IMG/VR virus record: IMGVR_UViG_3300036945_000814
Location: 1 to 64,000 of that record
Direction: 5' to 3' (one strand)
DNA length: 64,000 bases
Source: a virus
Positions 1 to 9,405 of this stretch are shown here, piece after piece; position 1 is the first letter of the stretch, and each line of letters opens with the position of its first letter. The translations under genes and the position numbers were made by a program. Under the pieces are notes generated by a model. That model was not told the origin of the DNA. It searched no databases and was given only the letters and a program-made list of their open reading frames with translations.

Positions 1-477
1 CGCACCGCCATCTTCGCCTCCGCCCTCCGCCACCTCGCGGCCAACTTCGGGACCGACCGGGCGTTGACCCTCACCAACGACGAGGCAAAGGCGGTCTACG
101 CGCTCCTCTTGGTGCAGCCGGGCGTCGCCGCCGCGTCGGAGGAGCAGGAGGCCGAGATCGAGCGCCAGCGTGTCGCGCACATCGCCGGCATCAAGGCCGT
201 CACCGAGAAGTCCCTGCCCGCCGGCAGCACGTTCACGGTCACGGCCGAGGGGCAGCTCGACTACAAGAACACGCCGTGGATGCGCCCTGTCGTCGACGGC
301 GCCGTCTGCACCGTCCGCCGTTACCGGATGCGCTCCAGCAACGGCTGGAAGAAGACGCGCGAGCTGTCTTTCACCTTCACGGCCGCCGATGGCGAGCAGC
401 GGGATGGCATCCTCAATGACCCCCGCGCAAAAGACGTCGTCGTCGTGGCCGTCGCTGGCGCCGCGGTGTCGGTGTGA
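1..477 (+). CDS. hypothetical protein, probably 5'-truncated by the window edge
   Basis: Frame appears open from the window start with phage-like codon usage; stop overlaps the GTG of the next ORF. Confidence 0.6.
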   Translation, partial: RTAIFASALRHLAANFGTDRALTLTNDEAKAVYALLLVQPGVAAASEEQEAEIERQRVAHIAGIKAVTEKSLPAGSTFTVTAEGQLDYKNTPWMRPVVDGAVCTVRRYRMRSSNGWKKTRELSFTFTAADGEQRDGILNDPRAKDVVVVAVAGAAVSV

Positions 478-827
478 GCGGCGCGACTGAATGGATCCGC
501 TGCCGTTGTGGCGGCCTGACGCTCGCCTTCGTTGACCGCCGGGATGGCGCCCTTTGCGGGCAATGCGCCGAGGCCGCTGCCGTCGTCGTCGCCCGCTCCG
601 GCTACACCCACGTCGACCACGGGCGGCGTCTTGTCGGGTGCGCGTGCCCGACGTGCATGGAGATCACCGTCTCGAACGACATGAGCAAGCCCGAGCTGTG
701 CTCGGACTGCGAGCGGGCCGGGTGCGACGGCGTCGGCGAATGCCGCTGCGCCCCCGAGGACCACGACGACCTTCGCGCGGCCCGCGCGGCCGCAGGGATC
801 CACGACTTCCGAAAGGCGCCCCGATGA
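474..827 (+). CDS. small Cys-rich hypothetical protein
   Basis: Several CxxC/CxC motifs; GTGA and ATGA coupling on both sides. Confidence 0.6.
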   Translation: MSGATEWIRCRCGGLTLAFVDRRDGALCGQCAEAAAVVVARSGYTHVDHGRRLVGCACPTCMEITVSNDMSKPELCSDCERAGCDGVGECRCAPEDHDDLRAARAAAGIHDFRKAPR

Positions 828-1039
828 CCCTCCTCACCAACCCCTACGACTGGCACCGCGCCCCCGATCCTGCCGCCCCCGGCCCTTGCCCGGTCTGCGG
901 ATCTGGCGTCGCCGGCCGACGGCCGCACCGTCGCGGCAAGAGCGATCGGTTTTGGATCGTCCGCGGCGTGAATACACAACCCGTGGTGGTCGCTCCCACG
1001 GCCGACCACAAGGCGAGCGCAGATCCGATCGCCCCCTAG
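824..1039 (+). CDS. small hypothetical protein (MTLLTNPYDW...CPVC)
   Basis: ATG at 824 overlaps the upstream TGA; AAAGG upstream. Confidence 0.55.
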   Translation: MTLLTNPYDWHRAPDPAAPGPCPVCGSGVAGRRPHRRGKSDRFWIVRGVNTQPVVVAPTADHKASADPIAP

Positions 1040-1093
1040 ACACGGCGCCTGAGCTGTGGCGTCATGTGCGTGCGTTGAAGGGGCCGGTGTAAG

Positions 1094-2896
1094 ATGGATC
1101 TGCAATCAGTCGTGTGTGAGCTTCCGCGGTGGGAGCCGTTCATCCGTCGCTTTGTGGCAAAGGACTGGCTGCGTCATCGCCTCGCTGTCGAGACGGATGA
1201 CGTGCGCTCGGAATGCCGATGGCGCGCGCTTCAAGCCCTCGCACAGCTCCGGGCCAAGCGGCCTGCGCTCAAGGGCACCATCGACGAAACGCGCATCGTC
1301 AACCGGGCCATCGCCCGCGCTTTCGTCGACCTCATCCGAAAAGCGAACCGACTTTCTCGTTGCACCGACGAGACGACGGCGTACACCATCGAAAGCGGCG
1401 CGAGCTGGATACCCACAGCGTCGACGCCGTCATTGGAGGACGACTACATCGAGGCCGAGCACATGCGTGCCGTGCTCGATGCCTGTGAGCAGATCCGGTC
1501 GATCATGGGCGACGACGTCTACCAAGACGTCTTGCGCGCGGTCGATGGTGAGCAAGTCGTCGGCGTGCCCCGCGCCGACTCGTTGCGCGCCGCCGGTGTT
1601 CGACGTACAGCGATCCGATCTGCGCGACGCATTATCGCGCCAGACCACGGGATCAGGATTCCAACCCCGCCAAAAAGGACGACCCCTATGAGCGACAAGA
1701 CCGCAGCATCACTGAACGACGACGACCTCGCCCGCGTCGCGCTGACCTACAAGCAGATCCACGGCGCCAAGGTGGTTTCCTTGGATCGCGCTCATCTGCT
1801 CGAAAAGGTCGACGCCGTGAACCTCACCGCCGACGGCATCTACCCGTTCCCGCCGTGCTTCACCGACGCCACGCAGTACGACCCCGCCGATCAGGCGTGC
1901 GCCGAGGACTGCGACTTTCGCACCGAGTGCAGGGCCACGATCCCCGCCTACTACGAGCCCGCCATCGAGGCGCAGCTCGTCCAGCTCAAGGGCGGCGCCA
2001 CCGCTCCCGCGGCGAAGGTCGTCAAGGCCCCCAAGGCCGCCAAGGCCCCGAAGCCCGCCGTCGAGCCTGCCGCCGTCGCCGTCGAGCCGTCGCGACCCGA
2101 AACGAAGGGCGAGCAACTTTCTCGGATCGTCGAGAAGATCCAGCCCGCCCCCGCCGTCACAGCGGCCCCATTGAAGGAGGCCGAAGCCATGACCACGAAG
2201 ACCCCGAAGACCAAGACCGCCGCCAAGCCGAAGGCCGCCGCCAAGGCCGCCAAGCCGAAGGCAGAGAAGCCCGCGAAGGCCGCCGCCAAGCCGAAGGCAG
2301 AGAAGCCCGTGAAGGCCGCCAAGGCCGCCAAGGCGAAGAAGCCCCGCGAGCCCGGCAAGACCGTTCTGCACGCTCCTGTGGCCCTCTCGACGCGCGCTGG
2401 CGTGCTCAAGGGCAAGACGCGCAAGACGCGGCCCGACGGTCGCGTGTGGGCTCGGCTGCCGCAGGGCTCGGCCGCGGCGCTCGCCGAGCTTCCCGTCGGC
2501 ACCAAGCGTGAGCGTGATCTCGACGGCGTCCGCTACTTCGTCAAGAAGATCAAGGACGGCGAGACGGTGACGACCGCCGGCGGCGTCGAGCGCAAGCGCG
2601 ACGGCGTGTGGCGCTTGCTCGGCAAGGCCAAGATCGACAAGGACGGCAAGGCGGGCGACATGACCGCCCTTGACGTCGAGGGAAGCCTCGGCGTGATCAC
2701 GCGGTTCGTCACCGGCACGAACGTGTGGAGCGCATCGCGCTTCTGGTCGATCATCCCTGCGTTGCTCGATCCGAAAAGCCCGAGCTTCGCGCCGGCGAAG
2801 TGGAAGGCCGCGTCGATCTACGCCTACGGGACCGCGAAGGCCCCCAAGGCGAAGAAGGCGGCGAAGAAGGCGAAGGCGAAAGCGAAGGCGGCGTGA
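1094..2896 (+). CDS. fusion: sigma-factor-like N-terminus, Cys4 motif, Lys/Ala-rich histone-like linker, DUF2924-like C-terminal domain
   Basis: ETDDVRSECRWRALQAL...NRAIARAFVDLIRK resembles sigma region 2; AKPKA repeats; LPVGTKRERD...SLGVITRFVTGTNVWSASRFW resembles DUF2924; in-frame ATGs with SD at 1688 and 2189. Confidence 0.6.
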   Translation: MDLQSVVCELPRWEPFIRRFVAKDWLRHRLAVETDDVRSECRWRALQALAQLRAKRPALKGTIDETRIVNRAIARAFVDLIRKANRLSRCTDETTAYTIESGASWIPTASTPSLEDDYIEAEHMRAVLDACEQIRSIMGDDVYQDVLRAVDGEQVVGVPRADSLRAAGVRRTAIRSARRIIAPDHGIRIPTPPKRTTPMSDKTAASLNDDDLARVALTYKQIHGAKVVSLDRAHLLEKVDAVNLTADGIYPFPPCFTDATQYDPADQACAEDCDFRTECRATIPAYYEPAIEAQLVQLKGGATAPAAKVVKAPKAAKAPKPAVEPAAVAVEPSRPETKGEQLSRIVEKIQPAPAVTAAPLKEAEAMTTKTPKTKTAAKPKAAAKAAKPKAEKPAKAAAKPKAEKPVKAAKAAKAKKPREPGKTVLHAPVALSTRAGVLKGKTRKTRPDGRVWARLPQGSAAALAELPVGTKRERDLDGVRYFVKKIKDGETVTTAGGVERKRDGVWRLLGKAKIDKDGKAGDMTALDVEGSLGVITRFVTGTNVWSASRFWSIIPALLDPKSPSFAPAKWKAASIYAYGTAKAPKAKKAAKKAKAKAKAA

Positions 2897-3156
2897 CCGC
2901 CGGGGCGTGGTCCGTCAACCTCACCGATCCGTCTCGCACCAGACGCCTCACTGACGTCGAGTGCGAGGCGTTCTCGGCGCCCATGTTCATCACGGGCGCG
3001 CTGATCTGCGCCGAGGTCGTCTTTTGGAGCGCCCCGTGGTCGACGTGGATCGTGCTCGTGAGGGACCGCACGGGCCGCTCGTTCCCCGAGGGCGCCCGCG
3101 AGGTCGCCACGCACGAGCTTGACGACTACGCCCGCCTGATTCTCGGAGTGCGCTGA
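2893..3156 (+). CDS. hypothetical protein
   Basis: GTG 2893 overlaps the upstream TGA; stop abuts the polymerase ATG. Confidence 0.55.
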   Translation: MTAGAWSVNLTDPSRTRRLTDVECEAFSAPMFITGALICAEVVFWSAPWSTWIVLVRDRTGRSFPEGAREVATHELDDYARLILGVR

Positions 3157-5199
3157 ATGCTTTTCCCCGAGTACGGTTTGCTGCCAGCTCGGTTCGACGG
3201 TCGCGTCTCGGTTGTGACCGACGCCGCGGCGCTGCCGAGCTGGCACGCCCTACTCAAACGCCTCTCGGTCGAAAGCTGGGTGGCGTGGGACACCGAGACG
3301 TCAGGGTTCGACTACTTCAAGCAGGCTCGCATCATCGGGCACGTCTTCGGGTTCGATCTCGGCGACGGCCAAGGCCCGCGCGGCGTCTACTTCCCGATCC
3401 GTCACGCGACGCATGAGCAGCAGCTTCCCGTCGAGTGGGTGACGTGGATGGTGCAGGACATCCTCGGCGACCCGCGCGCGACCGTGCTCGGCCACAATCT
3501 CAAGTTTGATCTCAACTTCGCCGCCGCTGACGGCATCGTCTGTCGGGCCACGTTGCACGACACGATGATCATGATCGCGTTGCTCGACGAGAACCGGCCG
3601 AAGGAGCTGGAAAGCTGCGTCTACGACTTCGGCATCGACGAGCACGCCTACGAAATGAAGTCGGTGGTGCAGAAGATCCTCGGCGACGAGTGCAAGCGCC
3701 GCGGCTACAAAAAGAGCACGGCCCCCGGCTTCCTCTGGATCCCGCCGAGCATCCTCGGTCGCTACGGCTGCAAGGACGGCTACAACAGCCTCGCGCTCGC
3801 CGCGAAGCTCCTGCCCATGATCCACAACGGCGGCTTCGCCGAGCTGTACCAGACAGAAATGGATCTCACGCGCTACCTGCAACGCGCGGAGTTCATCGGC
3901 ACGCCCCTCGACATCCCCTACCTGCAAAACGTCCACCGCGTCGCCGAGCAGCAGGCCGACACCTTCCAGCGCGAGATCCATCGCCGTGTCGGGTTCGATC
4001 TCAAGCTGTCGAGCGACGTCGAGCTGCGGCGGTTCCTCTACGAGTCTGGCCCCGGCCGCTGTGGGTTCCCCGTCACGCACTACACGGAGAAGGGGCGACC
4101 GAAGCCGTGGGGCACCACGCCCGAGGAGCGCGCGGGCACGCCCTCGTGCGACTCGCGCGCGATCAAGGCGATGATGCGCCTCAACTGGCCGGGCACCGTC
4201 GAGGTGCTGTCGACGCTCCTGAAATGGCGCGAGCAGGACAAGATCCTGTCGACGTACACGACGCCGATGATCACCAAGAGCGACGCGAACGGGGTGCTGC
4301 ACACGTCGCTGAATCAGGTGAAGACGAACACGGGCCGCCTCTCGTCGAGCGGCCCCAACCTGCAAAACATCAAGACGCCTGACGACGAATCGAACGAGGT
4401 CGACGTCGTCAACATTCAGCGCGCGTTCCTCGTGCCCGAGGGCATGACGCGCCTGTACATCGACTTTTCACAGATCGAGCTTCGCGTGCTGGCCTTCGAG
4501 TGCCGTGATCCAACAATGGTCGCGGCGTTCATCAACAAAGAGGACATCCACACGCGCACGTCGATGGAATGCTTCAACAGCAAGGAGAAACGCTACCGAC
4601 GCATCGCCAAGGTGCTCAACTTCGGGATCAGCTACGGCATGTCGGCGATGGGCGTCATGGAGAACCTGAACGACAACGCGGACCCGGCCGCCGGCATCGA
4701 CTACGTCACCGAGGAACAAGCGCAGAGCTACTTGGATCGCTTCCACAAACGCTACCCGCGCGTCGGCGAGTGGTGCAAAGAGCTGTATGCGGACATGCGG
4801 CGGAAGAAAGATCCGTACTTCGTCAACCGCTTCGGCCGTCATCGCCGCATCCCCGAAATGAACCACGTCGGCGGCGGCCGTGGCCGTGCGGAACGGCAGG
4901 CCGTGGCGAGCTTCATTCAGGGCGAGGCCGCCGACATCAACAAGGTCGCGATGGTGCGCGTGGGCCGCCGGCTGGAGCAGGCACGAGCCCTCGGGCGCTA
5001 CAGCGGCAACCTGATCCTCACCGTCCACGACGAGAACCAGATCGACGTCGAGACGCGGTACGCCTACGAGGCTTGCATGGATCTCAAAGCCGACATGGAG
5101 CACTTCCCGCAGTTTCAACCGATCGACATCCTCGCGGCGGCCGAGTGGTCGACGACGACGTGGGCAGACAAAAAACCCGTAACGAAGAAGGCGGCATAG
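3157..5199 (+). CDS. polA: family A DNA polymerase with 3'-5' exonuclease domain
   Basis: Exo motifs WDTETSG, GHNLKFD, YGCKD; TGRLSSSGPNLQN; motif A DFSQIELR, motif B RRIAKVLNFGISYG, motif C VHDE. Confidence 0.97.
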   Translation: MLFPEYGLLPARFDGRVSVVTDAAALPSWHALLKRLSVESWVAWDTETSGFDYFKQARIIGHVFGFDLGDGQGPRGVYFPIRHATHEQQLPVEWVTWMVQDILGDPRATVLGHNLKFDLNFAAADGIVCRATLHDTMIMIALLDENRPKELESCVYDFGIDEHAYEMKSVVQKILGDECKRRGYKKSTAPGFLWIPPSILGRYGCKDGYNSLALAAKLLPMIHNGGFAELYQTEMDLTRYLQRAEFIGTPLDIPYLQNVHRVAEQQADTFQREIHRRVGFDLKLSSDVELRRFLYESGPGRCGFPVTHYTEKGRPKPWGTTPEERAGTPSCDSRAIKAMMRLNWPGTVEVLSTLLKWREQDKILSTYTTPMITKSDANGVLHTSLNQVKTNTGRLSSSGPNLQNIKTPDDESNEVDVVNIQRAFLVPEGMTRLYIDFSQIELRVLAFECRDPTMVAAFINKEDIHTRTSMECFNSKEKRYRRIAKVLNFGISYGMSAMGVMENLNDNADPAAGIDYVTEEQAQSYLDRFHKRYPRVGEWCKELYADMRRKKDPYFVNRFGRHRRIPEMNHVGGGRGRAERQAVASFIQGEAADINKVAMVRVGRRLEQARALGRYSGNLILTVHDENQIDVETRYAYEACMDLKADMEHFPQFQPIDILAAAEWSTTTWADKKPVTKKAA

Positions 5200-5200
5200 C

Positions 5201-5710
5201 ATGGATCGTGAATCAGCAGCACAGCACGTTCGCGCAGGCATGACCGGGATCGCCGCGGCGATGTCGTCAATGCGCCCGTTCACCATCAACGGCCAGACGT
5301 GGGCCGCGCAGCAGCTCATCGAGCTGCTTGTCGTCGACCCCGGCAACATCGACGTCCACATCGCGCACCTTCCTGCGTGGGTCGCGTTTTGGGGCGTCAC
5401 GAGCGGCGACGCCAAGCACAGTTTCGACGCGCACGAGGCCGCCTACCGCGTGGCCCGCGATCAATGGGCGATGAAGAAGCGCGCCGACGGCAAGATGACG
5501 AAAGACGCGCTGGACGAGGCGTGGCGCTGCACCCCGGAGTACCCGACGTGGTACGCGCAGAAGGCCGAGCTTGAGCGCGCGTGGAACGCCGCGCAGTTTG
5601 TCTACGAAGCCTTCAATCGAAAGAGCACGATGCTCTCCGCGCTGGCCCGGATGTACGCCGACGAGAAGATCGCCGGCGCCGCCGGGCGCAAGGACTACGG
5701 AGCGCGCTGA
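5201..5710 (+). CDS. UvsY-like recombination mediator (helical phage protein)
   Basis: Size, KMTKDALDEAWRCTPEY...EAFNRKSTML pattern and position between polymerase and SSB/RecA. Confidence 0.55.
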   Translation: MDRESAAQHVRAGMTGIAAAMSSMRPFTINGQTWAAQQLIELLVVDPGNIDVHIAHLPAWVAFWGVTSGDAKHSFDAHEAAYRVARDQWAMKKRADGKMTKDALDEAWRCTPEYPTWYAQKAELERAWNAAQFVYEAFNRKSTMLSALARMYADEKIAGAAGRKDYGAR

Positions 5711-5735
5711 CGACAAGCCCGCGCGCCAGCGATAG
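5711..5735 (+). promoter_or_regulatory. bipartite motif CGACAA-N12-GCGATAG, putative phage-sigma promoter upstream of SSB
   Basis: Same spacing recurs at 15613, 20440, 28427, 31299 and 34349. Confidence 0.7.
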
Positions 5736-5786
5736 AGATTCACAAGCCCACGAACGCCAGCCGAACCAACAGCAGGAGCCTCCCAG

Positions 5787-7325
5787 ATGACGCAGCCCCC
5801 GAACCCCTACGGCCCGCCGCCCGTCCACCAGCAGCAGCACGGCGTGCAGCTCGATCCCGCCCTCGCCGCCGAAATGGCGCGCTTGCAGCAGGCGGTCACG
5901 GCCCGCAGCAGCGGCCGCAGCGAGCACGAGAAGCGCGACGACGAGTGGTACGAGACGAACAAGCCCGACGCGGTCGGCCGCACGACCGAGGGCTACATCC
6001 TCGCTCTCCCGATCTCGTTGGCCTCTCCGGGCGCGCTTCCGTTCGCGATGACGGCGCAGCATCACATCACCGTGCGCGGCAAGCAGTCGTCGGTGATCTG
6101 CCCCAAGCGCGATGCGCAGATCCGAGATCCCGAGGGCCGCAACGGCCCCCCGCCTGAGTGTCCGATCTGTGACGCTGCGGAGTTCTGTTTCAAGGAAATG
6201 TACCGCTTCGAGAAGGGCACCGCCGAGGGCGAAATGTGGAAGCAGCGGGGCAAGGATCTCAACCCGCGCGACCGTTGCTTCATGAACGTCTTTGATCTCG
6301 ACAACGTGCAGGGTCACTGGAAGGTGAACGCCGAGACGGGCACCGCCGGCGCCGTGCCCAAGATTTGGGGCTTCGGCCCCGAGGTCATGAAGAAGCTCAT
6401 GGCGATTGCCGGTGAGGTCGGCCCGTTCTGGCACCCGTCCGCGTTCACGCGCCTCAAGATCCTCTGCACCCGCACCGGGACCGAGCAGCGGAACATCAAG
6501 TACGACGTCACGCTGACCATGCCGATCGCTGGCGTGCAGATCCCGCAGGGCTACGAGGGCGCGCTGCAACAGCTCATCGACATCGACTACTACCGCCGCG
6601 TCCGGCCTCTCGCCGAAATGGCCGCGTTCGTGCCCGGCTATGCGCGCGTCGGCGGTGAAGGCGGCGGCAGCATGGCCGCCCCGCCTGCGATCCCCAACCC
6701 CTACGCGCCGCCGCCCCCCAACCCCTACGCGCCCCCGCAGCAGCAGTACGCGCCGCCTCCGGCGCAGTACGCGCCCCCGCAGCAGCAGTACGCGCCGCCT
6801 CCGGCGCAGTACGCGCCACCCCCACAGGCCGCGCAGTACGCGCCCCCGGTCACGCCTCCGCCGGCACCCCCGCCGGCGCAGTACGCGCCACCCCCACAGG
6901 CCGCGCAGTACGCGCCCCCGGTCACGCCTCCGCCGGCACCCCCGCCGGCGCAGTACGCGCCACCCCCACAGGCCGCGCAGTACGCGCCGCCACCGCCGGC
7001 CCCTGCGGCCTACGCGCCTCCTGCGGCGGCCTACGCGCCCCCGCCGATGCCGGCCTACGCGCCCCCGCCCGCGGCGGCTCCCCCGCCGTACACGCCGCCG
7101 GCGGCTCCGGGCTACCCGCCTCCCCCGCCCGCCGGGCCGGCCTACTCGCCGCCGCCGGCCCCGCAGTACGCTCCGCCGGCGCCTTCGGCCCCGCCGTGGG
7201 ATCAGCAGCAGGCCGCCCCGCCCCCGGCGGCACCCCCGGTCCCTCCTATGGCGCCGCCGGCATCCTCGCCGCCGGCGCCGGCGGGAATGCCGTCGCTGCC
7301 GCCCCTGCCGCCCCTGCCGAGGTGA
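5787..7325 (+). CDS. gp32-like single-stranded DNA-binding protein with a ~220-aa Pro/Tyr/Gln-rich tail
   Basis: H..ICPK...CPIC Zn motif, RCFMNV, KIWGFG and GTEQRNIKYDV are typical of phage gp32-type SSBs; SD AGGAG; next to RecA. Confidence 0.75.
   Translation: MTQPPNPYGPPPVHQQQHGVQLDPALAAEMARLQQAVTARSSGRSEHEKRDDEWYETNKPDAVGRTTEGYILALPISLASPGALPFAMTAQHHITVRGKQSSVICPKRDAQIRDPEGRNGPPPECPICDAAEFCFKEMYRFEKGTAEGEMWKQRGKDLNPRDRCFMNVFDLDNVQGHWKVNAETGTAGAVPKIWGFGPEVMKKLMAIAGEVGPFWHPSAFTRLKILCTRTGTEQRNIKYDVTLTMPIAGVQIPQGYEGALQQLIDIDYYRRVRPLAEMAAFVPGYARVGGEGGGSMAAPPAIPNPYAPPPPNPYAPPQQQYAPPPAQYAPPQQQYAPPPAQYAPPPQAAQYAPPVTPPPAPPPAQYAPPPQAAQYAPPVTPPPAPPPAQYAPPPQAAQYAPPPPAPAAYAPPAAAYAPPPMPAYAPPPAAAPPPYTPPAAPGYPPPPPAGPAYSPPPAPQYAPPAPSAPPWDQQQAAPPPAAPPVPPMAPPASSPPAPAGMPSLPPLPPLPR
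6726..6986 (+). repeat. coding tandem repeats: 2x42 bp (6726-6809) and ~2.6x72 bp (6801-6986) encoding YAPPP units
   Basis: Exact copies visible in the sequence. Confidence 0.9.
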
Positions 7326-7519
7326 CGCGGATTCGCGGGCAGGTGTGGCTACCTGCTCGCGCTGACGGGATGCCGGTCTGCTTCGGCACGGCCGGATTCG
7401 ACGACGACGACAGATCGTGCCGCGACTGCAAGGTCGCCATGTGGTGCTCACCCGCGGCCGCAACCAAGCGACGACACACGCCGAGGCAGCAGGCCACGGC
7501 CCTACAGATCCGAGGATGA
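7322..7519 (+). CDS. small Cys4 (putative Zn-binding) protein
   Basis: GTG overlaps the SSB stop; PVCFG...DDDDRSCRDC...WC. Confidence 0.55.
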   Translation: MTRIRGQVWLPARADGMPVCFGTAGFDDDDRSCRDCKVAMWCSPAAATKRRHTPRQQATALQIRG

Positions 7520-7522
7520 TTC

Positions 7523-8710
7523 ATGGCGTTCCCACGCAAGCGCGGCGGCAAAGCAGCGGCCACAGCGGCAACGAACAAAGCGGCGAAGGCGCCGGCGAAA
7601 GCCGCGCCGACGGCAAAGAGCACGCCGGCGACCAAAGGCGCCAAGGGCAAGCTCCTTGACTTCGACGACGCCCTCGCCGCGCTTGTGAAGGGAGCGCCGA
7701 GCGGCGGCGACGCGCAAACGCTGCTCGGCGCCGAATCGCTCGACGATCTGTGGAGCAAGCCGCGCCACTACTTGAGCACGCGCTCGGTGGCCCTCGACGC
7801 CATCATCGGCGTCCCCGGCATCCCAAGCGGGCGCCTGACCGAGATTTACGGAGCGGAGGCCGCCGGCAAGTCGACCATCGTCGACCAGCTCATCGCCGAG
7901 ACGCAGAGCCGCGGCGGGCTCGCTGCCCTTGCCGACACCGAGCACGCCCGCGACTTGAGCTACATGGCGCGTCTCGGCGTCGACATCGAGCGAATGCCGT
8001 CGATCCAAGCTCACTCCATCGAAAGCGTGTTCGAGCATCTTCGGTATTGGGCCATCAAGGGCCGCGAAGCCCTCGGCCCCGACGTGCCCATGCTGTACGT
8101 CTGGGACAGCGTCGCCGGCACGCCGACGCGCGCCGAAATGAACGCCAGCGTCGATCAGAAGTTTCAGGCGGAGGCGGCCAAGGTCATCAAGCAGCAGTTT
8201 CGCGCCGTCACGCAGATCATCGCCGAGCATCAAGTCGCGTTCGTCTGCACGAACCAAGTCTACAAGAAAATGGGCAACTTTTTCGGTCCCGAGGATGAGA
8301 CGTATGGCGGTGGCGGGATCAAGTACCACGCGACCCTGCGCATCGGACTTCGGTACGCCGGGCAGGTGAAGCCCCGAGGGGCATCGGCCGAAGACCGCGT
8401 GCCGCAGATCGGCCAGCTCGTCGAGGCCAAAGTCACCAAGAACAAGATCGCGCCGCCGAACCGCTGGCGGAAGTTTGGGATCATCTACGGCTATGGCGTC
8501 GACAACACATGGTCGTTGTTCACCGATCTGCAAGGCAACGGCATCGCGCAAAGCGGGTCGTGGTTCTCGCTGACCGAAGAGGTGCAGGACGCCGTCGGCA
8601 TCAAGGTGCCGTCGTGGCAGGGCGGTCACTTCGGCCTCGCCGACGTGCTGCGCGAGCACCCCGCCCTCTACGCCAAGCTGCTCACCCTCTACGCGGAGAA
8701 GTGCAAATGA
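7523..8710 (+). CDS. recA: RecA/UvsX recombinase with Lys/Ala-rich N-terminal extension
   Basis: GIPSGRLTEIYG, Walker A GAEAAGKST, DTEHA, VWDSVA, TNQV, GGGGIKYHA, KNKIAPP. Confidence 0.96.
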   Translation: MAFPRKRGGKAAATAATNKAAKAPAKAAPTAKSTPATKGAKGKLLDFDDALAALVKGAPSGGDAQTLLGAESLDDLWSKPRHYLSTRSVALDAIIGVPGIPSGRLTEIYGAEAAGKSTIVDQLIAETQSRGGLAALADTEHARDLSYMARLGVDIERMPSIQAHSIESVFEHLRYWAIKGREALGPDVPMLYVWDSVAGTPTRAEMNASVDQKFQAEAAKVIKQQFRAVTQIIAEHQVAFVCTNQVYKKMGNFFGPEDETYGGGGIKYHATLRIGLRYAGQVKPRGASAEDRVPQIGQLVEAKVTKNKIAPPNRWRKFGIIYGYGVDNTWSLFTDLQGNGIAQSGSWFSLTEEVQDAVGIKVPSWQGGHFGLADVLREHPALYAKLLTLYAEKCK

Positions 8711-8910
8711 GCGGAGCCGTCGACACCACCAACAAGCACCTCGTCTCGACAATCGACGGCGGCGACGTCGTCATCATCAACCCGCCGCCGCGGCTGGCGC
8801 GCATGAGCCGCGTTGACGCGCTCACGTTCGCTGCTTGGATCGTCGTCGTCGCCGACACCGGCGACGACCCCACCTTCGCCGAGATTCGCGAAGCCATCGA
8901 GGGCACATGA
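8707..8910 (+). CDS. hypothetical protein
   Basis: ATGA coupling at both ends. Confidence 0.6.
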   Translation: MSGAVDTTNKHLVSTIDGGDVVIINPPPRLARMSRVDALTFAAWIVVVADTGDDPTFAEIREAIEGT

Positions 8911-9404
8911 ACCAGCCTGCCACCAAGCGACCACGAGGCCCTGCGCGGATGCGGCTCGACTCCCTCGACGGGAGCCTGACCGGCATGAGCAACGTGCTGC
9001 TCGATCGCGCGCGCACCTATCTCACAGGCGACGAGGTCTTCGAGGAGCTGTACCGGCACGCGGTGCAGCTTGAAAAGGACGTCGACGAAGGCGACGACGG
9101 CGAACGCATCGACGACTTGCAGATCGAGAAGAAGGCGTTGTTCAAGGGCGCCCGAGAGGCAGTCAAAGACCTCACAGAGAAGCACAAGGCGTATGAGGCC
9201 GCGGTGCGCCGCCTTGTCGACCTCAACGACAAGCTCTCTGCGCTCGCGGACAAGTGCGACGGCACCATCGCCGATGGGATCAACCTCAAGGAAGCGATCG
9301 ACGCGATCCACGACGATCTCGACGACGCGATCGGCGACATCCCCGACACCCAAGAGCCGATCGACGAGCTTCAGGGCGTCATCGACGACACGACCGAGGA
9401 CTGA
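8907..9404 (+). CDS. acidic coiled-coil hypothetical protein
   Basis: ATGA coupling; heptad-like D/E/L-rich sequence. Confidence 0.65.
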   Translation: MNQPATKRPRGPARMRLDSLDGSLTGMSNVLLDRARTYLTGDEVFEELYRHAVQLEKDVDEGDDGERIDDLQIEKKALFKGAREAVKDLTEKHKAYEAAVRRLVDLNDKLSALADKCDGTIADGINLKEAIDAIHDDLDDAIGDIPDTQEPIDELQGVIDDTTED

Positions 9405-9405
9405 C

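Noticed and set aside
3157-5199. Intein or intron in the polymerase, RecA or terminase
   Set aside because: Lengths are normal and no splicing or homing-endonuclease motifs were seen
6700-7000. Regular repeats considered as a CRISPR array
   Set aside because: In-frame coding repeats without unique spacers; no cas genes
9070-9405. N-terminal extension of SbcD in the ORF track (also the extended starts at 20702, 21507, 17071)
   Set aside because: Off-frame overlap with real upstream genes; true starts are downstream with SD or coupling
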